A stretch of 64,000 nucleotides of DNA from Camelus dromedarius (lineage: Eukaryota), in the NCBI RefSeq assembly GCF_036321535.1, contig NC_087436.1, positions 119,538,001 to 119,602,000 on the forward strand, read 5' to 3'. Positions 22,468 through 36,280 of the stretch are shown here, piece by piece. Positions within the stretch are counted from its first letter, which is position 1, and every line of letters begins with the position of its first letter. Position numbers and translations under genes: made by a program. The notes under the pieces were generated by a model. It was not told the origin of the DNA. It saw nothing but the letters and a program-made list of their open reading frames with translations, and made no database searches.

Positions 22468-24164
22468 TCCCTGGGGGCTCGCAGGGAAGGCTGGCCTCAG
22501 GCCCTGATGGGGGGGTCTCTGTCACCTCTCAGGAAGACCCTCTCCAGAGGAACCCACCCTCCTGCCACCCCCTGAAATGTCAGGCCCCTGCTCAGGGGCA
22601 CCTGCAGGGGTTGGTAGTAAGCAGGAACAGATAAATGCAACGTCCTTCTTTCCAGAGCTCACGGCAGCATCTCCCCTGGGCCTCGCCTTTTCCTCTCCAG
22701 ATGCCCGGTCCTCACTGGGTCCTTCCCCTCCTCGCCCTCAAGGGTTGCCCTAAATCTCTTATCCCTTCTTACACGCTGTGGATGCCACACACTGCCGGGC
22801 AGCCGGCAGTCCAAGTGCAGGCTGCTGTCCCAGACCGTGGGAAGGGAGGGACCAGAAGAGAAGGTTCAGGAGGGAAGAGCATTCGGAGCAGCTGACAGCA
22901 AAAGACAGTGAGCACACACCTTGCGTTTTTGCAGGAATAAGCTTCCTCTAACCTCAGTTTTCTCGTCCATCTAGCTGAGGCATCCCTTACTTCTGCTCCT
23001 CTTCTTTGAATGTCTAAGTCATGGTCTCCTGGGGGCTTTACTGGGCACCTTGAGTCTTCATCACCTTTTCCCCGGAGGCCTTAGGGATCTCAGGCCAAGG
23101 TGGCGCCCCGCAGTGCTGGAGTTCTCAGGTGAGCTGCATGTCTACTGCCAGAGCCCTCCTGCCCGGCCAGCGCCTTTACTGAGTTGGGGGGAGGGAGTAC
23201 AGGGGAGAGAAGGCCGGCTTGGTTAGTTTATTTGAAACAGGCTCTGTCCCTTCCTAACTGAGTGGCCTTGGACAAATTGCTTAACCTCTCTGAGCTTGTT
23301 TCCTCACCAGTGAAAGGGCGATCCTGAGATTATACAGAGGAAAGGGCACAGGTGTGTGAGCGACTCTGTCCCCGTGGCGGAGGTAGGTGGGCCTTTTTCA
23401 AAGGCTGGTCCTTCCTTTGGAAAGCTCACCTCCCCGGCCTCCCCAGGGCTGCAGCTGAGCGGTCCCAGGATGTGGGCACCCCCGCTTCTGCCTCGGTGGC
23501 GGAGCAGGAAATGCCGCAGCAATCACCTGGGTTGTTCCGTCCCTCAGTCCCTCAGCCTTTAGACTCGAGGGTTGGCAATTTCGGATTTCTGATTGGGACC
23601 CAGTTTGTAAATCAGGATGATCAGAGCCCAGCAGGGCTGCGGCGCTGGGAGGAAGTCACTGCGTAAAGGAGGAGGTGAGCGCACTGCGTGAGAGGATGCC
23701 AGGGGCGGCTCCGGCTGGTCTCGGGGAGATGCTGAGTGGTCCAGAGGGGCCCTGCATCCGCAGGGTGCATGATGACCCGTCAGTGCGCTGGCTGCCCTGC
23801 CCTCACAGTTGCGCTGTCATAAGCATATGGCCTGCCTGCCACGTTCGGGGACCACAGGATAGGTTTTGTGGGGTGTGTGTTCATTTATGGGCTGTGATTC
23901 AGCATGGGGGTGGGGAGGGGAGGGGATGGGTGGACACGGATACCGAGCAGCCCCAGGGTCTCTGGACAAGAACGGAGATGGGTCATCGGATCTGAGGGGT
24001 GGAAACAGGAGGGGGACCTAGAAGGAGGAAAGAAGGAAGCGCGGTGACACGAAGCACCATGACACGAGGGGACATCCAGCACCTCCTCCTGCAGGCTCTG
24101 GCTGCAAGGTGCACTGGGAGACTGGGGTGGGGATAGCCACTGGGTTTGAGCAGACCCTTAGCAG

Positions 24165-24535
24165 GTCAGTTAGGAATGCGTTTAGCTGCAAGTCTGAAAA
24201 CCTGACTACTGGGGACTCAAACCAGGAGGAGTTTATATTCCTCCTGTAAGGAACATAACGACATCCAGAGGGAACAGCACCTAGCATGGGTTTGGCTGCC
24301 TCATGACACTGCCAGGGATGAGGCTGCTGTGTCTCCGGACATCACATCAATGTCCAAGGCAGGAAGATGGAGGACAGGAAGACCTTTTCCCTTTGTGGTC
24401 TTTGCTTTTGGGGTCAGAAAGGGAAGCTCCTCTGGCAGTCGCCTTACATCTCATTGGTCACCACTGGGTCATATGCCCACCCTTTAACCAATCACAGGCC
24501 AGAGGAATATGGTGCCAGGACTGGTGTAGACCAAT
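24165..24535 (-). mobile_element. Old MaLR LTR (MLT1J/K/L-like)
   Basis: cagttaggaatgcgtttagctgcaagt... and ttacatctcattggtcaccactgggtcatatgcccaccctttaaccaatcac are typical of old MLT1. Confidence 0.55.
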
Positions 24536-26334
24536 CAGAACTCACACCTTTCATGGGCAGACCTGCCTTTGCTGAGATCCTGAAAGCTTCAGGTGCTGCC
24601 TGCTGCCTGTGGATGTGGAGGGCAGGGATGGGGTGGTGCCCGGGGTAGGCGAGGCCGTACAAAGTCTGTGCACACGTGACCTTCCCTAGGTGGGATCCTC
24701 CCCTGACCCTTGTAAAGATGGAGAAGAGAGGACACAGTCCTGCAAGCAGGCCACACCCGGCTGGAACTTGCCCCAGGCCACTGCTGTCCACCTGGTCTGT
24801 TCCCCTGGCAGATGCTAGAGCTGCGACTCTGGCAGGGAGGGGCCCCGTCAGAAGTAACTTAGGCAACCCCAGCCAGAGGCTGGAGGCACTCTGCGCCATC
24901 TCCATCAGTGGCATCCCTGGCTTACACCTCCAGCGATGGGGAGCTCTCCACCTGCACAGGCCTGACGGCTCTGGCCAAGCCCTATGGGGCACAGGAAGAA
25001 CCTCTCCATCCCTGGGGAGGCTGGAAAATAGACAATGGAAACTCAGCCAGGAAAGTTTTATGCGCCATCTATGCTATGACCATGGCGAATAGAGAAAGAG
25101 CTTAGAAAAATGCAGCCTTTGATCCAGGCCCAGGGGTTAGGAGGTGAACTTGTCCAGCTCCTGGCTTTCAAGTTGCTAAGTGGGAAAATCTCTGCAATCC
25201 TCACCGCCTCTCTCCCCAGGCTTGTCCCTGTCCCCGTGGCTGTGAAAGGCTGAACCAGATCCAAGGGGGTCTTCAGGTGTCCCCTGACCCCGTCTTTCTC
25301 CCCCTCTGCTATCTCTGTCCTCTCATTCAAGCTATGAGCACTTAAAAAACACTTTTGAGAATTTCCAAGGCCTGCATGGAGCTGCCAAGAAAATAGCAGA
25401 TTCTGGGAAACAAACAGTTGGCAATGATCCTTCAGCTCAACCAAGGAGGGTCGGAGGAAAGATTCACCCCCACCTCCCTCCAAACTCTCCACCAAAGACA
25501 GAGCCCCACCCCCAGGAGGGTCCCAAGTGGGGGCTGATCTCAGTGGGGTACGTGAGTGCAGAGGCTGGCAGGCGTTCATTCCCCCAGGTGGATGAGAAAG
25601 TGGGTATTGCTCTGTTGGGGGGAGGATGTGAGCACTGGAGGGGACTGTCATCTTTTCCAGACCCCCTGCCAACGTGCGTGCTGGCCCGCCAGGTCTGGTT
25701 GAGAACAGAAACGGCTGTTGGTGGGAGGTGGGCAGAGGCCACAGGATATAGGAGAGTGCAGACGGGCCGAGAGCCTTGCCGGCTCACCGTGCAGCCGGGA
25801 GCCCTGGGCCCTGCGGGTCCTGTGGGCTGGGCAGGGTCACCTTCCTCCCTCCCTCCCTCCTCCTGCACCAGTGGGTGGCTAAGGGAACTCACTCTGGCAG
25901 GGACAGCTCCCCAGGCCTTGTGTCCTCATCTCCAAACAGGATCATAGTTCCCACCTCGGCTGAGTTTTGCTGCTGTGGCAAACGGTATTTCATATGTGTA
26001 CTTTCACTTAAATGTCAAAACAGCTCTTTGTGGTAATATTATCATCTCCATTTTATGGGTGAGTAAAACCGAGGCTCAAGGTTAAGTCAGTTTCCCCAGG
26101 GTGAGTAGGTTAGAGGGAGATTTAGGATTTGAGCCTGGTCTCTTATTCTATGACAAGTTCCTCCCAGAGGGGTGTCCCTGCCCCTCAGTAACCGTGACTT
26201 TGCACAGGTCGCTTTTCCCCTCTGTGCTTCTCATCTGTGAACGGAGACAGACCCTCAGGGTTGTGCGTCTCAAAATGTGAAAGTCAGCCTGGACCAGAGG
26301 GCCCTCTGCCGACATCCCGGGCTGCCAGGCCAGC

Positions 26335-26652
26335 TCGGCTGCCCTGACAAAGAGCACGGACTGCGGGGCTCGGACAACACAGGCTCATTTTCTCACAGTC
26401 CTGGGACCGGGAGTCCGGGTCAGAGCGCCGGCGTGGTCGGGATTCTGGTGGGCTTCTCCTCCCGACTCGAGGTTCACTGCCTCCTGGCTGGGGTCTCCTC
26501 GTCTTCTTAGGGGGCACTAATCCCATCAGGGGCCCCACCCCCATGACCTAATGACCTGACTACCCCACAGGCCCACTCCAAGTAGCATCTCAAGGTGGGA
26601 GGGCTTAGGGCTTCAACGTGAATTTTGGGGGGACACGAACATCCAGTCCACA
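26335..26652 (-). mobile_element. MaLR LTR (MLT1A-like)
   Basis: ttttctcacagtcctgg..., ggcactaatcccatc...ccccacccccatgacctaat, ttagggcttcaacgtgaattttggggggacacgaacatccagtcca. Confidence 0.75.
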
Positions 26653-28379
26653 GGAGACCCCTCTTTTTCTGGGCTCAGTACCAAGTGCCAGAGTCTGAGC
26701 GCCCCCCCCCCCGGCAGCTTTTGTTGCTGTACCTGGATCACGTCCTGTGTTTGCTTCCTCTGCTGGCGAGAAGCCATGGGTGGTCTTTTCTCTGTTGCTG
26801 ACAGGTTGAGGGGCAGAGGTGAGGCCGGAGCCTGCTGTGGGCATGTCGAGTGCAGCTTTTACAGTCATCAGGAAGTCTCTAGAGCGGTCCACCTGAGTCA
26901 ATTCTGTCCAGCCCCACGGCCACCGTCCTGGTGGTCCAGGATGGCTCCCGTTGGTCTCTAACCCACCTTCCACGCGACATCCAGAGGCATCTTTCTAAAA
27001 GGCAGGTCTGACTTGGCAACCAGCTGCCTAAACCCTTCCACGCCTCCTCGTTGCCTTCGGGGAAAACACCTCTGCTTCACACAGTCACAGGGGCCTGCAG
27101 GTCTGGTCCGCGTTCTCCTCTGCGAGATCACCTCTTCCCTGCCTTCTCCCTCAACACCAGGCAGATGGAATGGATTTTGGCTCTGGACCCTGGCTGAGAT
27201 CCGCACTCCGTCTGAGAACCTGTTTCCTCCCTGTGCTCCCCCTTCTCTGCCTCAGACCCCACCTGGCTGCCTCCCCAGCCCCTCCCACCCAGGCTGGGTC
27301 AGGGCCCTCTGTGCACACCTGTCCCAAGAGGTGGGTCAGTGCCACACCAGGCTCCGGAGCCTAGCTGCCTGGAACTCAGCCTGGAGACCTAGCAGGTTCT
27401 TAACTTCCGCGTCCTCCCCTTCTGCATCCTCCCAGCCCCCACCCGATGGGGAGGCTGTGAGAGCTAAGCGAGGCTCTGATGCACAGAAGGGCTTAACCCC
27501 CCGGTAGGCAGCCCCATCAGCACCCGCAGTGTGAGCCGGGCTGGCCCTGTAGGCAATCAAGGAGGCTCACAGTCACTCAGCACGTGGTCCGACCTCTTAA
27601 CTGTACAGACACAGGCTCCCTGAAGGCCAGGCTGTGATTTGTCCACCCCACGGTGTGGCCAGGGCCAGGGCTCGGGCAACATATGTGCAAGAGGCTGAAA
27701 CCCTGGGTCCGCATGCTGCCTGGTCCACAGCTGTTGTAGGAGTGTGGGATTCCTGTGTGAATACACCTCGGTTACTTTCCATCCTCCTGTGACTTGGCTT
27801 GGATGACTACCTTATTTTGCCTAAAAGACTAGCCATTAGTGATTCATGTGCAAGGTCCCAATGGGTCAATACTAGGCTGGCAATTGTTCACCTTCTCTTC
27901 CTCCCACTCCCTCCCATCCCCCCCCCCCCCCCCGCCTCTTCCTTCCCTTCCTTCCATGTTTATTCAAGTCCCTGGTTTTGGTGTTAGGTGTTCAGGTTCA
28001 GCAGTGAACGAGCCACCCACCTGCCCTTACGCTGTGGTCTTACGGGTCACCCAGTTCTCTCCAAAGCAGGCCCCAGAGGCGGTGTGATGGTGAAGGAGCA
28101 TGGAGCTGAGAGGTCTGGCTCCCGCAGCAGGACGACTGCAGGTGCTGAGCTGGTCCGGGGCTCTGCCAAATTCATCCCTTTCTCATTGGACAATGATGGA
28201 AATCATCGCCCACCTCCAACACGGGTTGACGCCTACGTACCGGTCGTATCGAAGACCAACAAAACGGTGGCTGTACGAGATCCCTGTGAAGAACAACGGC
28301 TGCGAGTGTTTTTGATTTAGGGAATCCTACCTTCCCGTGTAAATGAAATTTCCTTGTTTAAATATTTTTTAAGTCGCAA

Positions 28380-28770
28380 AACTAAAACACGAGCGTTGAA
28401 AAAAGCTGAGCCACGCGCAAGCCGGTAAACAAAAGGCGAGCGGGTCCTGTCGGAACCCCAGGAGACAGCCCGGCTACCACGGCCGGCGGCGCGCTGGCGC
28501 AGTCGCATCGAGCGGGCAGAGGGCGCGGCCGCAGAGGCCGGGCTGGGCTCGCCGAGGTGCGGGCGCTCTCCGAGCTCGGCTCTGCCCGGCTTACACTGCG
28601 GGTGAGAACCGTCTCCGCCTTCTGTGCGGGGGTTACATGCTGCCTACCAGGCACAGCCTCCTCCCGAGCAGTGCCGGCCTGCTCCACGGCTGTGGCTTCA
28701 AAGCCCGGGGGGGGGGGGAATACCTACTGAGCATGCGTGATTCGCGACTGGCGTTTTGCAAAGGCCGAAA
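28380..28770. promoter_or_regulatory. Orphan CpG island with promoter-like motifs
   Basis: Dense CpG (ggccggcggcgcgctggcgcagtcgcatcgagcgg...). FOX motif GTAAACA at ~28425, NRF1-like TGAGCATGCG at ~28729, candidate donor GCGG|GTGAGA at 28601/28602. No recognisable ORF. Confidence 0.65.
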
Positions 28771-28911
28771 GGAAAAAAGGAACCGTGACTCCTGTTAACA
28801 ATTCCAAGAAAGATTTTCATGGCAAACAGGTTGTGTCAGCCTTCCCTGTTTCGTCTGCTGAAGTCACTTAATGCCTCCCATTCGATGTATTTCAAGTCCT
28901 GCTTTCAAGGT

Positions 28912-29440
28912 TTTTTTAAATTGCGGTAGAATACACATAACATAAAACCATCTCAGCCACTACACGTGCAGTTCAGTGGTATTAAGTACATTCACATGGG
29001 GCACTTAATGGCACAACAATCACCGCCATCCATCTCCAGAACCTTTCCATCTTCCCAAACGGGAACTCTGTCCCCATGAAACAACTTCCCGTTCCCCTTC
29101 TCCCGGCCCCTGGCACCCACCATTCTGCTTTCTGTCTCTAGAAATTTGACTGCTCTGGGGACTTACTGAAGAGGAGTCATACAGGATTTGTTCTTTGGTG
29201 AGTGACTTATTTCCCTGAGCATAATGTCCTCAAGGTTCAGCATGTTGTAGCAGGTGTCAGAATTTCCTTTTGAAGACTGAGTGTTATTCTGTTGTGCGGA
29301 TGGACTACATTTTGCTTATCCATCCATCCATCCATCCATCCATCCAGGGACACGTGGCTTGCTTCCACCTCCTAGCTATTGTGAACATCACTGCTGTGGA
29401 CATGGGTGTGCAAATATCTGTCCTGGTCCCCGCCTTCAGT
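28912..29440 (-). mobile_element. L1 3' end (L1MB-like) containing an (ATCC)n microsatellite at ~29318-29345
   Basis: ttttttaaattgcggtagaatacacataacataaaa...cagttcagtggtattaagtacattcaca...catccatctccagaacc...gcataatgtcctcaaggttcagcatgttgtagca is a classic antisense L1MB 3' UTR. Confidence 0.85.
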
Positions 29441-29696
29441 TCAGTACACCCACCCAGATTTTTCACACCTTCCAGGCCTGCCGCCAGGTGCTGGGGATAA
29501 AGAGGTGAGGAGGATGAGGCACCCGTTCTCAGGGAGCCACGGCTGGAGGGGAAGGCAGAAATCCACAGGTGATGCTGCTGGGTGGGAGATGCCAACTGGT
29601 CCTCTGAGTGGCACTTTGACTTTCTAAAGTCCTCTCACATCTGTTACTCCATCACTTGCTCGCGGGTGCTGAGAAGCTGCTATGAATATCAGGTCC

Positions 29697-29788
29697 TTTT
29701 TTTTTTTTAAATGAAGGTACTGGGAACGGAACCCAGGACCTCACGCATGCTAAGCGTGTGCGTACCGCTAAGCCATACCCCCACCCCC
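29697..29788 (-). mobile_element. tRNA-Ala-derived SINE (vic-1-like), short form, inside or next to a MIR
   Basis: The reverse complement reads ggggtatggcttagcggtacgcacacgcttagcatgcgtgaggtcctgggttccgttcccagtaccttc plus an A tail. MIR-like sequence continues at 29790-29900. Confidence 0.8.
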
Positions 29789-32700
29789 TCAGCTGCATTT
29801 TATAGGTGGGGAACCAAGTCACGGGAGGATGCAATGCCTTGGGTGAGATCACCTGGTTAGTCACGAAGCTGGTGCCAGAATTCAGGTCTACGGAACCCAA
29901 TTCACCCAGCTGCTTTCAGAAAATCCCCCACGTGGCTAGTTTAGATATTTTTGGCTGCACTTGCAGGTGACAGAAACCCAGCTGACACTGGCTTCAGCCG
30001 AGGGGGTTGATGGTTCATGTAATTAGCAAGGCCAGGTGTTGGGCTGATTCCAGGCTCTGCTGAACCTGGGGGTGGGAGGCTGTCTCAGTCTCTCTGTCTC
30101 CTGGGTCTGCCTTCATCTGGCCCTTGGCTTCATTTTACAGTTTGGGCAGCTGGAAAAGCTGACTGTCCGAAATCCAGGCTTCTGTGGTCCTCTGAACTCA
30201 GATCCCAGAGCAAGCGAAAGCTCCCCCACTCCTCTCGCCCCGGGGGCCCGAACTTATGAGACCTAGTTTGGTTCCCAGGCCGGGGCTTGAGCCAGTCTTG
30301 GGCCAAGATTTTGGATTGGCAGGTCCAGCCCATGAAGGACAGCCCAGCAGGCCCCCGGAGCGAAGGAAGAGAAGCAGGAGGGCAGGAGAGGCTTGGACGT
30401 CCTCACAGCACAGGGAGGGATTGGACGGCAGAGGCCGGATGAGAACAGAAAGAAGGCAAAAACACAAAAATCGGCTGTGGGTATCAGAGGCCCCGCATGC
30501 TTTTCATCTTCCCTGTGTGCACACTCACTCTGAGGATGGATTGAAGTAGAAATAGCTGCCTTTGCAAGCACCCTGCTGAAGCTTGGTACCCAGACAGGTT
30601 TCTGTAGGAAACCTTTCATTTTTTTTTGGTATAATATTTTAACTTTGGTTCTTCAATTTGCAGATACAGACTTCTGCCAACTTTCTCTCCCAAGCAGAAG
30701 AGCTCTTCCATTTCCTTCCTGTGGTCACCCACGGGCTGGACCGGCGGTGCCCATCCTTACCTCTGACATGGAAGTTATTATGCACAATTCCCTGGGTGAG
30801 GCGTAAATAAAAGCAGCGTGGGCCAGAGTGCTTTACAACCCAGGAAGACGCAGGGAACGTGGAGGAATCAAGTCACTGTTTAATTTTCTGCGTCCACACT
30901 TCCGGCAGGGAGTCGGGACCCTGGCAGCCATCTCTCTGCTGGGACTTTCTGCAGAGCTGTCTTCCGTGGCACCTCCAGTGCCTGCTCCTCGGAGAAGCAA
31001 TGCTGGGTGGCCTGGCTGGGGGGTGGCAGTGCAGTGAGGGGAGTGGACGGAGGAGGTCTCATTCTGGGGATGCTGTGTCTCAGGGTTATGATGGCCCAGA
31101 TGGGGAGTGAGGAAAAGCTGGCATGGGCAGTGGTGCCACTTTCTGAGGCTGATGGAGGGGGAGAATTCCAGATCGACAGTGCGGAGTTTGCAGTATAAGT
31201 ATATCCCACATAATGCATGGGGCATGCTTGTTACTCAAAATCATGTGTTGCTTAATCTGACATTCAGATTTCACTGAATGTCCTATATTTTCATGTGTTA
31301 AAACTGCAATCCTGCCAAAGAGAGAAAGAGGCCTGCGTGAGAGAGTAAAACTCGGGGACCACGCCCACGGCCTGGGGAGGATCAGCTGTCCCCAGGCTGC
31401 AGCTGTGTTCCTGATGGCTTATGTCTGGGTTACTTTATTCCTACCCAGCAAATTGCTTCCCTAGCTCTCAGGCAATTTTGTTTGTTTATTCATTTATTCA
31501 ACCCAAGAAACCTACTGTGTGCGGGCCGCGGTAAAGGGAGGCACGGCAGCTCCCCGCAAGTTGCTGAGAGAACAGATAAAACAGTAGCCCCCCCCCTCCC
31601 CCGGCGTGTCCGTCACGGTTTCCCTCTGAAACGTCAGCCCCGCAGGACCGGTCATTGCTGTGTCGTCACTGGTGCCCGGGACAGGGCCTAGGGCAGAGAG
31701 CAAGCTTTCAATCAATACTTGTTAAGTGAATGACTCTGAAAATGGGCCCTAGGCGCTGACAATCCCAGGAGACTCAGCATGGTGATGGGGGAATGTCCTT
31801 AAATCCAAAGCACTCCTTTCTTGGGTAACTTCATAGGAAACACTTGCAGGAAAATGGGTTTCTGCTGGATTGCATCTTTCAATTATTGCCCAAGACAACA
31901 GCTCAGTTCTCCCTGTCATTTTATCAGTGAACTTTGCTATGGCTGTGGGATTCCAGAATCTTGTCCAGGCGAATGTTATCCTGCGTGCCCCTGTAAGCCC
32001 TGTACCCCCAGGGTTCTCCCCGCCTTCCCTCCCCTCCCCAGGTCTGTGGTCTCCACGTGGCCTCCACCTGCAAGCTGGGGGCGAGATTCCAAAGGTAAGC
32101 ACTTGCTTCAACTTTGCGAGGTGTGTGGACCAGAAAGAAAGGCGGGGGGGAGGAGGAGCCAGAGTGACCTTTCTCTGTGTGTGTACAGAGTATGTGACTT
32201 TGGTGGAGATGCACGTGTGTGGCATCTCCCCATGTGTATGGTGGCTCTGGGTGCACAGACAAGGTAACGGGGACCGAAGGTCCAGCCCTGATCGTGGCTC
32301 CCGAGGCCAACACAAGACTGTTGAATTCTCCTTAGTAAGGATACCCTGGAGCGCCCTGGTCATCCAGTGTGCTCCCAGCTGGAACCTGGTGATGCAAACG
32401 CCACCTTGAAGTATGTGCGTATGTGCGGGGGTGGGGGTGTGCCTGTGCACGTGTGTGAGTGAGAGGACTGTTTGGGGGAAGTGAGAGTTTGGCAGTAATG
32501 CAGCTGAGTGGGATTTTTATGGGGTGTCTCCTGCTTTAGGGCCCTGCCTGCACCTTCTGCAGACCAGCAAGGTTCTGTCCAGGCTCATTTCCCTCCATCT
32601 GGCATATGCCTCCTTCCAGACCCAGGTCCAGAAACCAGCCCTTCTGGAGATTAAGTTAAAAAGCCAGCAGCCAGCCTGGGGCCCTGGGCAGGGCCTTTAT

Positions 32701-35700
32701 TTGGGGGCAGGGGTGGCTTTTCTCTCAGAAAAGTAGATGAGCTGTCTCCTTCCAGAGGTAGAGAGCCCCACAGAGGCACCGACCCCTCGATCCTCACAAC
32801 CCCCATGCCAAGGAGACAGGCACATCTGCTTCTTTTTTGTCTGCCCAGCATCTGAGTTTTGGGAACTCCCCCACGCTTCTGCGTGACTCCAGTGGGGCTG
32901 TCAACGGAGGGGCAGTGACTTTTCTGCCACAGGGCGGGCACAAGACCCCAACAGACAGGTCAGCGTGCCCGGTACCCCTGCATGCAGTGGCTGGGCCAAG
33001 GCTGAGCATAGGACTAAAGAAGAGTCCGGTATTCCTGTCCTTAGATGTGGCTAGTGAAGCTCAGAGAGGTTAAGTGACCTGCCTTAAGACACACAGCTGG
33101 ACCAGAACCAAGGAGGCCTCTAAGGTCGTGACACCTAGAAGGGAGAGGCAGGAGGCTGAACCCTGGGGCCACAGGCAGGGAGGGAGCGATGGTGGAGTTC
33201 TGACTCTGACCTGAGAAGGGACCTGGGGGTGGAAGATGGGGGGACGGCAGCGGGACCCCCACACACAGCCAGAACTTTCCATCAGAGACGGGGCAGCCAG
33301 GCAGCTGCTGGCCCAGCGGCCCGTGGGGGTTCTGGCCGTGTTGGGGTGGCTGGGGTAGAGCTATTGCCTGGGAGTCTGTGGAGTCACTGGCCGGGAGCCG
33401 GGCATCTGCCCAGGGAAGGCGGCTCGGCAGGAGAAGGCATGGGGCGGGCCTGCCCTGCCGGTCGTGGTGAGAAGGGAGAGAAAATGGGCTGAGTGGTGTG
33501 GCCGCAGCAGGGCCACTGGGTCAGGGCCAGGACATCGTGGCAGGGCGGGCATGGGCTGTGTTGGGCACGGGGGCGTGTGGAGAAGAGGGGGTGTGTGTGA
33601 GCCTGAGTGTGCACACATGTGAGAGAGTGTGTTGACGGGCGTGTGTGCGAGTGTGTGTGAACGTGTGTCCTTTAGGGGCTGGAGCACTCTGAGGTGGCAA
33701 AGACAAGGCACTGATGGGCGGGGCCGTGGTGGATCTCCCAGGGAAGGGATGCTGGGTGGGGCAGCGGAGGGAAACTGAGGCAGGGACCTTGTTGCTGTTG
33801 ACTCAGGAGGTGGTGGCGGGGTCAGCACAGGGCTCTGGAGGGAGAAGACCCGGCTCAGGGCCCTGAGCCAGGCTGCTCCCCGCCGTCCCTCACTCCGCCC
33901 TGCCGGTGGCGCGGGGTACCACCTGGACTGGGGAGAGCGCCTCTGGAGACCTCCCAAACCAGGCAGCTTCGGCGGCGGCAGGGGTTTTGGCAAATGCTGC
34001 AGAATAAAAAGGAGGATATTAAGCAAACCACCCCCCACGCCCACAGCTCTCCCGTCCGGGGCTGCTCGCCGCCTACGCAGGAAGGGAGTTGACTCGGGAA
34101 TTTCTAAAACAGGAACGTTCCCAGCACCAACTTCAGGGCCAGCACCGCCTCCCTGGGCCCCTCCTTCCCACTGCCCAGCCCTCTTCCGGGCCTGGGCTCT
34201 GCACCCAGGCTGAGGACATCAGGGAAAAGCTAGTTTAATGGAGGGGTGAGGAAGACAGAGGGGCGTGGCAGGGGCTGCATGAGGGTGGCCCTACGTAATC
34301 AGCTTCGCAAGGTCACGGGCTTTGGGGCACCTGCACGTTGGCTCAGACCCTGCCAGCTTGCTCCTTCCACGGACCTGGGGGAGGTGGCCTTGCTGGGTGG
34401 CCTGCTGTCCTCTCCTCGTGCCCCTTGGCCTTCTCAGCTGTCTCTCGCACCACTGCCCAGCCCCTTCCCTGGGCTCCTGGCTCTGCTCTGAACCTTCCCA
34501 CCCACCCTCTACGCAGTTGGAAGAGGATGAGCTGCCTACCCAATATTCCCTTCCCTCTTTACATCAGGCAGAACTCTGATTCTGTGTGGGAGCAGCCCTG
34601 TGCTGGAATAAAATGCAGACTCCCTGGGCTCTGTGCAGTTTGGGTGGCCATGTGACAGTGCTGGCCATGAGATGTGAGTAGAGGTTCCTCGGTGGGGCTT
34701 CTGAAACATCTTTGGTACTTAGTTTGTTCTCTTTCTTCCTGCCTGGAATGGCAATATGATGCCTGGGGTTCTGGCAGCCATCTTGTGACCATAAGGAGAG
34801 ATAATACTAAGAATCCTAGGGTAAGAAGACAGGAAGAGTCTGGGCTCCTGAACAAATTCTGGAACTTCCTGATGAGCTCTGGACTGCTGCTAGCTAGCCT
34901 GCTTGTTATCTGAGAAACAGTGGTGGGAGAGAGCCTTCTAGAGCCTTCCAGTGGAGGAAGCAGCCCGTTCCAAGGGAAAGGAGGTAAGAGCATAGCTGGA
35001 GAGTGTGGGGAGTGGAGTGCATAACGAGTGCTCCTGGCCTGTTGCTCCAGGCAGTCCTCCTGCCCTTGCTATCCCTGAGGGCACATCCCAGGGAGAACGC
35101 AGGGGAGACCAGCCTCATCCTCCTCTTATTCCCAGTCCTGACCTCCAACTGCAGCCCCCCTGTGCCCTTAAGAGTCCCCTCGCCTCCACAATGACCCCAA
35201 AGCCCCATTATGACTCCTCTTCTTCCCCAGCTTGAGGCAAGTCCTCCATCACCCTTGGCTGCTGCCTGAGCTCAGCTCTTGGTCCCAGGGCACAAGCTCC
35301 GGGACTCAGGACACGGCAGCTGCATTGGGGTGGGGGGTAGAGGGGGAGGCTGGGCGTTTATAACATGGTAGCAGGGTTCACAGGCTCCCGACATCCCCCA
35401 GCTGCCCAGGGACTCCCACTGCGGGGGTGGGGGTGGGGCTGTGGTCCAGGCAGGTGGGGGCGGTGGTTTGTTGCCTCTCTCTAGACTACATGACAGTCCA
35501 GACACCTGATGCCTGAAATGCTGCACCCAGCACCGCCTCCATGGGGAGCCTGCCTGTGTCTCGCATTCCTGCCCACACACAGGATTGTCCCGATTCTCCA
35601 GGTCTGGAGGGACACTGCAGCAGCCACAGGTGCGCATGTGCACACATGCGTGTTCTGCCTACAAGACTGCATTGTCAGGCCCTGCCGCCCACCCCACCTC

Positions 35701-35914
35701 TTCCCTGCTGCACTGTGGGCTTGCACACAGCCTGGCTGTGCCCTTGGCCCCAGGACTTGTCCTTGCTGGATGCTGGAGGGGCTTTGCAGCTCTGGCCCCT
35801 GGGACGTGCTGTTCCCTCGTGCACTCCCTCCTGAGTCTGCTATCGGGACTCAGCTGTTGCTCCAGCGCCGTAACTGAGAACTTCCTCTGCATCTCTGAGA
35901 CGCACATGATACAC

Positions 35915-36280
35915 CCTAGTGTCCCAGGCTGGCCTCCTGGGGAGCAGACTCTGAGGTGCTTAGTGTGCCGGGGGTGTATCAGGGTGTGCCCTTGGGAACC
36001 AAGCCCTGGGAAAGGGAGGGGAGGGAAGCAAGATTTGGCAGGAGAAGCCCAGCTGTGCTCAGGTCCAGGGGCTGCCCCGCCCAGGCTGACGGAGGGCTCT
36101 AGAGCCAAGAGGCCCTTCACAGTGATGATGTACTGGGTCACAAGGGTTGGGCTTTTCCAGCGCAGCCTGGAGCATCCTTGAATGTGGGCTTTCCTGGAAG
36201 GCCTTCCCCGAGGGGGTGGGGATTGAAGGCCAGCTGCCTCCTTCCTTCATAAGGAGTCTGGGACGTGATAGCCCTACGCA
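35915..36280. mobile_element. ERVL-class LTR relic (LTR16-like)
   Basis: ggagcagactctgagg...cccttgggaacc...gggaagcaagatttggcaggagaag resembles LTR16-family sequence. Confidence 0.45.
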
